Shown here piece by piece: positions 60,194 through 64,000 of a DNA stretch of 64,000 nucleotides. Where the stretch lies: IMG/VR virus record IMGVR_UViG_3300037400_001251; one strand, given 5' to 3'. The notes under the pieces were generated by a model that was not told where the DNA came from, searched no databases, and worked only from the letters and a program-made list of their open reading frames with translations. This stretch comes from an uncultured virus (IMG/VR IMGVR_UViG_3300037400_001251). Lineage: Duplodnaviria > Heunggongvirae > Uroviricota > Caudoviricetes. The position numbers were made by a program, and so were the translations under genes. Each line of letters begins with the position of its first letter. The first letter of the stretch is position 1.

Positions 60194-61705
60194 AGTATGG
60201 CTGCTTATTTTACTATGACACAAGAAGCTCAAGACAGTTTAATTAAGCATTGTCATATAGATAATAACTTGTTCACTAACTTTAATAATGAATTAACATT
60301 ATCCTTAGGACATGATATAGTTTATGGGATATTCTTATTAAGTAAAAGAAAACCATCAGCTTTGCCAGAACCATTATATAATTATATGGTAGAAAAGAAA
60401 TGGGATTGTATTAATAAGAAAAGATTAGCAGAGTTTCTTAACTATTATATTAGATTAGATAAAAAGAAACATGCTGATATCGTTAATAAGTTAGTTACAT
60501 TAGGATTCACTATATCTAGTAGGTATAGTCAAACTTTACTATCTTTCGATAATATTAAGAAGTCTATTATTCCTGCAGATAAAAGAAAAGCCTTGTTTGA
60601 TAAATACATGAACAAGGAAATAACTATGTATCAGTATGTTCAAGAAGAAGATAAAATGATAGATGACTTGAAAAAGATATGTCTATTTACAGATCTTATT
60701 GAATCAGGTTCAAGAGGTTCATGGCAACAAGCTAAACAGATGTTCTGTCAAAGAGGTTTCGTTACTAATTCGGCAGGTCATATCAAACCTATTCCTGTAT
60801 GGAAGAACTTAACTGAAGGATTAGATAGTAGATCTATGTTCTTATCATGCTATGGTGTTAGAAAAGGTTTAGCTGACGTAGCAGATAATACTGCTGTATC
60901 TGGTGCATTTACTAGAGGTCTTATATATCTAGGTTTAGAAGCTAGACAAAGTAGTTCTAAAAAGCCATGTAATACTACTAATTATTTAAGGTTTAAACCT
61001 GATAATGAAAAGATGGCATCCGCTCTAATTGGTAGATATATCTTTAATGATGATTTGTGTACTAGTATGACTAGAATTACATATGACAATTATAAAGATT
61101 TCATTGGACAAGAGTTAAGGTTAAGATCACCAATATTCTGTACTGAAAAAGAATATTGTCATTACTGTTGTCCACATAAAGAATTATCTGAATTAGAACC
61201 AGGTAAAAGTTACAATGTTGGTGTCGTCGCCGCAGGAGCATTGAGTGAACCACTCACACAGTTGACACTTAGACAATTCCATACGAGTGGCGCGGTCACA
61301 AAAATATCAGACGGAGAAGATGATGACCAAGACAAAGATATCACCTACGATATACGTGGTATTCAAAGAATGTTCTCGAAACCTGATTTTGATATATACA
61401 CTGTAAATGATTGGGTAAAGAAACTTTACTTATCATTCTTAGATAAGAAGAATATCAAACTAATGTTATATGAAGTATTAGCATCTTGTCTGATGTGGGT
61501 TAAACCTGAAGATGATGATGAACCTAATGTTCATTGGAGATTAGCCCAGGATAGAGAATTACTATTAGTAGGATATTCTAAAGTTCCTGAATATGAATCA
61601 TTCCTATTAGGTGCAGCATTTAAGAACTTTAAGAGAAAACTATTATCATCTATCGGTAAGGAAGTAGGTGGAAGTAGATTCGATAGAATGATAATAGGTA
61701 ACTAA
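59735..61705 (+). CDS. rpoC: RNA polymerase beta' C-terminal half, copy 2, with N-terminal split-intein C-fragment
   Basis: TTG start after AGGAGG; extein SMAAYFTMTQEAQ; SGSRGS, GVRKGLADVADNTAVSGAFTR, RSPIFC, SEPLTQLTLRQFHTSG. Confidence 0.9.
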   Translation: MKLFKEVRKDVKENGVVVTHYEPQADVTIMSMNIENGKFEEKKITDFSKHENIKMYKFHDAIERFKDFWLSDNHSAIVRDKQTSLYGKVTPMDIILDPNRYELVQMIGSPLSRRFIPCDQIEVTLDESKTIGYDFTVEDNYTFTTDDGVVVQDSMAAYFTMTQEAQDSLIKHCHIDNNLFTNFNNELTLSLGHDIVYGIFLLSKRKPSALPEPLYNYMVEKKWDCINKKRLAEFLNYYIRLDKKKHADIVNKLVTLGFTISSRYSQTLLSFDNIKKSIIPADKRKALFDKYMNKEITMYQYVQEEDKMIDDLKKICLFTDLIESGSRGSWQQAKQMFCQRGFVTNSAGHIKPIPVWKNLTEGLDSRSMFLSCYGVRKGLADVADNTAVSGAFTRGLIYLGLEARQSSSKKPCNTTNYLRFKPDNEKMASALIGRYIFNDDLCTSMTRITYDNYKDFIGQELRLRSPIFCTEKEYCHYCCPHKELSELEPGKSYNVGVVAAGALSEPLTQLTLRQFHTSGAVTKISDGEDDDQDKDITYDIRGIQRMFSKPDFDIYTVNDWVKKLYLSFLDKKNIKLMLYEVLASCLMWVKPEDDDEPNVHWRLAQDRELLLVGYSKVPEYESFLLGAAFKNFKRKLLSSIGKEVGGSRFDRMIIGN

Positions 61706-61710
61706 TTACT

Positions 61711-61926
61711 TTGAAAGGAAAGCATAGATTGAATAGTACAGCAAACAAGTCCAACAATACCAAAACTACAAGGAGGAAAAGTGGTATGGCTACAGTTAGA
61801 GATGAAATGGTTAAATTCTTATATAATGAAAAACAGATTCCAAGTACTGGTCATGTAAGATATTGGTCTTGGGATAAGATCAAACAATTATATTTTAGAT
61901 ATATCAATTCTCAGAAAGGACAATAA
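61711..61926 (+). CDS. small hypothetical protein
   Basis: ORF between RNAP genes; true start may be the internal ATG after AGGAGG. Confidence 0.4.
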   Translation: MKGKHRLNSTANKSNNTKTTRRKSGMATVRDEMVKFLYNEKQIPSTGHVRYWSWDKIKQLYFRYINSQKGQ

Positions 61927-61934
61927 GATCTATA

Positions 61935-63602
61935 ATGTTAAAGAACAATCCTAATTTTAACTACAAGTATTTTGATAGGCTTCTAACATTAAAGCAAAGA
62001 GAATCAGATACTGTAGCAGATGTAGTACATCAAATTATGGAGATCTTTACTAAGATATATAATGGAAGATCTAGTAATAAGGGTGTCTATTATATTAAGA
62101 GAGAAATCAAATATACTACAGATATAGATCCTACATATTGTATAGATTTGCAATATGCCATTGGAGTAGTGCAAGATCTATATATTGATTTACCTTTAAT
62201 ACAGAATCAAGACACTATATTAATTAATGGTAATATCTATAATCCAATGTTGCAAATGATAGATAAACCATTATATATGAAAGGTAAAACTAAAACTGCA
62301 GTATTGCAAACTAACTTAGGTATATTTACTACAGGTGAAATAAGTAATGAAAGACTAATTAGATTCAATGCAACAGGATTTCATAATTTTCACCCGCCTA
62401 TATTATTGTACTTCTTATATTATTTAGGTGGTAATCTAAAATCATTTGAAGATTATACTGGTGTTAAATATTCCTTATTACCTGGTATAGAAGATATGCC
62501 ATTTAAAGATTTCGTTAATGATAAGGGAACTGAAACTAAGGATATATGTTATGTAGATTTAACTAATGTTAAACCACAATTTAAAGATCCTAAGTTTGAG
62601 ATATTAGCTAAGCAGATTAATAAGTTAGCTATCTCTTATAATAACGATTTTAAATCTAAAGAATTCAATGATAAATATGCCAATATAACTGTAGGTGATT
62701 TCTTTAAAGGATTATATTCTAGTGAATTCTGCCAAAGTTATATGAGTGTATTTATAACTAATAATCTATTAAAGAAGTTTAATTGCCATCAAGAATTGGT
62801 AGTTAAACTAGATATCTTCTCAGCTCACTTCATGGTATATAAGACAGTCTATGAAGAATTACTAAGAGCTTTTAGTACTAGTGCTCAATATATAGATATC
62901 AAAGATTTATCTAATAAGAGATTTAGATGTTATGAGTTATATTTACTAACATTTCTAAAGCATGTATATAATTTAGGAATGAATACTTTATATAGTAAGA
63001 TAGCTACAGTATCTAAAGAAAAGAGATTAAGAATCTATGATAATATTAGAGGTTCAACGAGTGCTACAAAAGATGTAGATGGTAAATCTCCAGCTTATTC
63101 TTTTGATGGCGGTAGAAATAATTCCATTATGAGATTAACTGAAATGACTAAGATAAACCAAACAGGTGAAGGTGGCCTTACAGCTGAAATGTTTGTAGGT
63201 GCTGCAAGAGACTTACATGATTCTCAATATGGAACATTATGTCCTATCACTACACCAGATAGAGAAAAGTGTGGCGTCACATTATATCTAGTACCAAGTA
63301 ATCTTACTAAATTTGATAGCATGTATTATTGGCCTTGCGATAATGAACACATGGAAGATAGAGAACCTCTTAAATCTAAAGAAGAATACGAAGTAATGTG
63401 GGCAGAACATTCTAAGACATTTAAGAAGAAAGCTGAAGAAGTTACTGCCACTGCTAAAGAAGCTTTAGGTGAAGATGAAGATGAAACTAGAGTAGTAGAA
63501 AATTCTAGTGACCATGTTGATACTGGTGATGAAGAAACTAGTGCTTCAGATAATAGATTATTCATTAATGATGAAATGAATGACCTTTGGGGTAATAGGT
63601 GA
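61935..63602 (+). CDS. rpoB: RNA polymerase beta subunit, N-terminal fragment
   Basis: ILING, DLSNKRFR, GEGGLT, ARDLHDSQYGTLCPITTPDREKCG (= RDVHPSHYGRICPIETPEG); acidic tail. Confidence 0.8.
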   Translation: MLKNNPNFNYKYFDRLLTLKQRESDTVADVVHQIMEIFTKIYNGRSSNKGVYYIKREIKYTTDIDPTYCIDLQYAIGVVQDLYIDLPLIQNQDTILINGNIYNPMLQMIDKPLYMKGKTKTAVLQTNLGIFTTGEISNERLIRFNATGFHNFHPPILLYFLYYLGGNLKSFEDYTGVKYSLLPGIEDMPFKDFVNDKGTETKDICYVDLTNVKPQFKDPKFEILAKQINKLAISYNNDFKSKEFNDKYANITVGDFFKGLYSSEFCQSYMSVFITNNLLKKFNCHQELVVKLDIFSAHFMVYKTVYEELLRAFSTSAQYIDIKDLSNKRFRCYELYLLTFLKHVYNLGMNTLYSKIATVSKEKRLRIYDNIRGSTSATKDVDGKSPAYSFDGGRNNSIMRLTEMTKINQTGEGGLTAEMFVGAARDLHDSQYGTLCPITTPDREKCGVTLYLVPSNLTKFDSMYYWPCDNEHMEDREPLKSKEEYEVMWAEHSKTFKKKAEEVTATAKEALGEDEDETRVVENSSDHVDTGDEETSASDNRLFINDEMNDLWGNR

Positions 63603-63607
63603 TAGAT

Positions 63608-64000
63608 ATGGACCAAATGAATCTTACATCTAGAGAATACCAAGAATTAATAGATGAGTATGATGAACTATATATAGCTGATATATGTAGAGAAAGACAA
63701 TTACCAGATATTAATGATGGTATGAGAATAGTTCAGAGAAGATTATTTTGGTCCTTTCTTAATTTAAGTAAATCTGCAAGGAATAGCTTTAGTAAATCAG
63801 CATCTATTATAGGTGATACTTTAAAGTTACATCCTCATGGTGATAGTTCTTGTTATGGTTCATTAGTGCAAGAAGTAAATAGTCCAGCAGGTTTACTTAA
63901 AGGGAAAGGTAATTGGGGTAGTCCAAATGGTTTCATTAAGTTTGGTGCTGCCGCCATGAGATACACCGAAGTAAAATTCTTAGAAAGAGCTAACAGATAT
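63608..64000 (+). CDS. gyrA: type II DNA topoisomerase breakage-reunion subunit (GyrA/ParC-like), truncated by window end
   Basis: Translated by hand: RQLPDINDGMRIVQRR, KSASIIG, HPHGDSS, GNWGS, AAAMRYTE. Confidence 0.9.
   Translation, partial: MDQMNLTSREYQELIDEYDELYIADICRERQLPDINDGMRIVQRRLFWSFLNLSKSARNSFSKSASIIGDTLKLHPHGDSSCYGSLVQEVNSPAGLLKGKGNWGSPNGFIKFGAAAMRYTEVKFLERANRY

Noticed and set aside
63300..63602. Split-intein N-fragment at the end of the beta fragment
   Set aside because: The tail is acidic and low-complexity with no block-A-like pattern
213..63643. Minus-strand ORFs in the track
   Set aside because: They are short antisense shadows of + strand genes, with no recognisable motifs or RBS
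1..64000. Alternative genetic code (stop-codon reassignment)
   Set aside because: Conserved genes are full-length in the standard code, and TAA, TAG and TGA all end genes that are followed closely by new RBS/starts
1..64000. CRISPR array, tRNA or rRNA genes
   Set aside because: No regularly spaced repeats or cloverleaf/T-loop signatures seen; intergenic spaces are short

Overview
A very AT-rich, densely coding segment with essentially all genes on the + strand. It most likely comes from a jumbo bacteriophage that encodes its own multisubunit RNA polymerases (phiKZ/AR9-like logic). Strong GAAAGGA ribosome-binding sites suggest a Firmicutes-type host (inference). Recognisable genes: clamp loader, primase, possible sliding clamp, neck protein, RuvC-like resolvase, QueD, QueC and Gat-QueC, RIIA and RIIB, ATP-dependent DNA ligase, both type II topoisomerase subunits, a 5'-3' exonuclease, an SF2 helicase, a Thg1-like protein, a radical SAM enzyme, an RNAP beta fragment and two RNAP beta' paralogues. 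Main finding: both beta' genes are broken exactly after the catalytic NADFDGD motif, and each appears to be rejoined by its own atypically split intein. Both inteins start with Ser and end in Gln-Asp. Their N-fragments are 12 aa and 27 aa, and the partner genes lie about 4 kb and 12 kb away. The different, complementary split points suggest an orthogonal pair. One N-fragment is hidden behind an unannotated 294-nt group I intron inside the NADFDG^D codons, and the other beta' also carries a LAGLIDADG cis-intein in the trigger loop. All calls come from motif reading by eye; no database searches were run.
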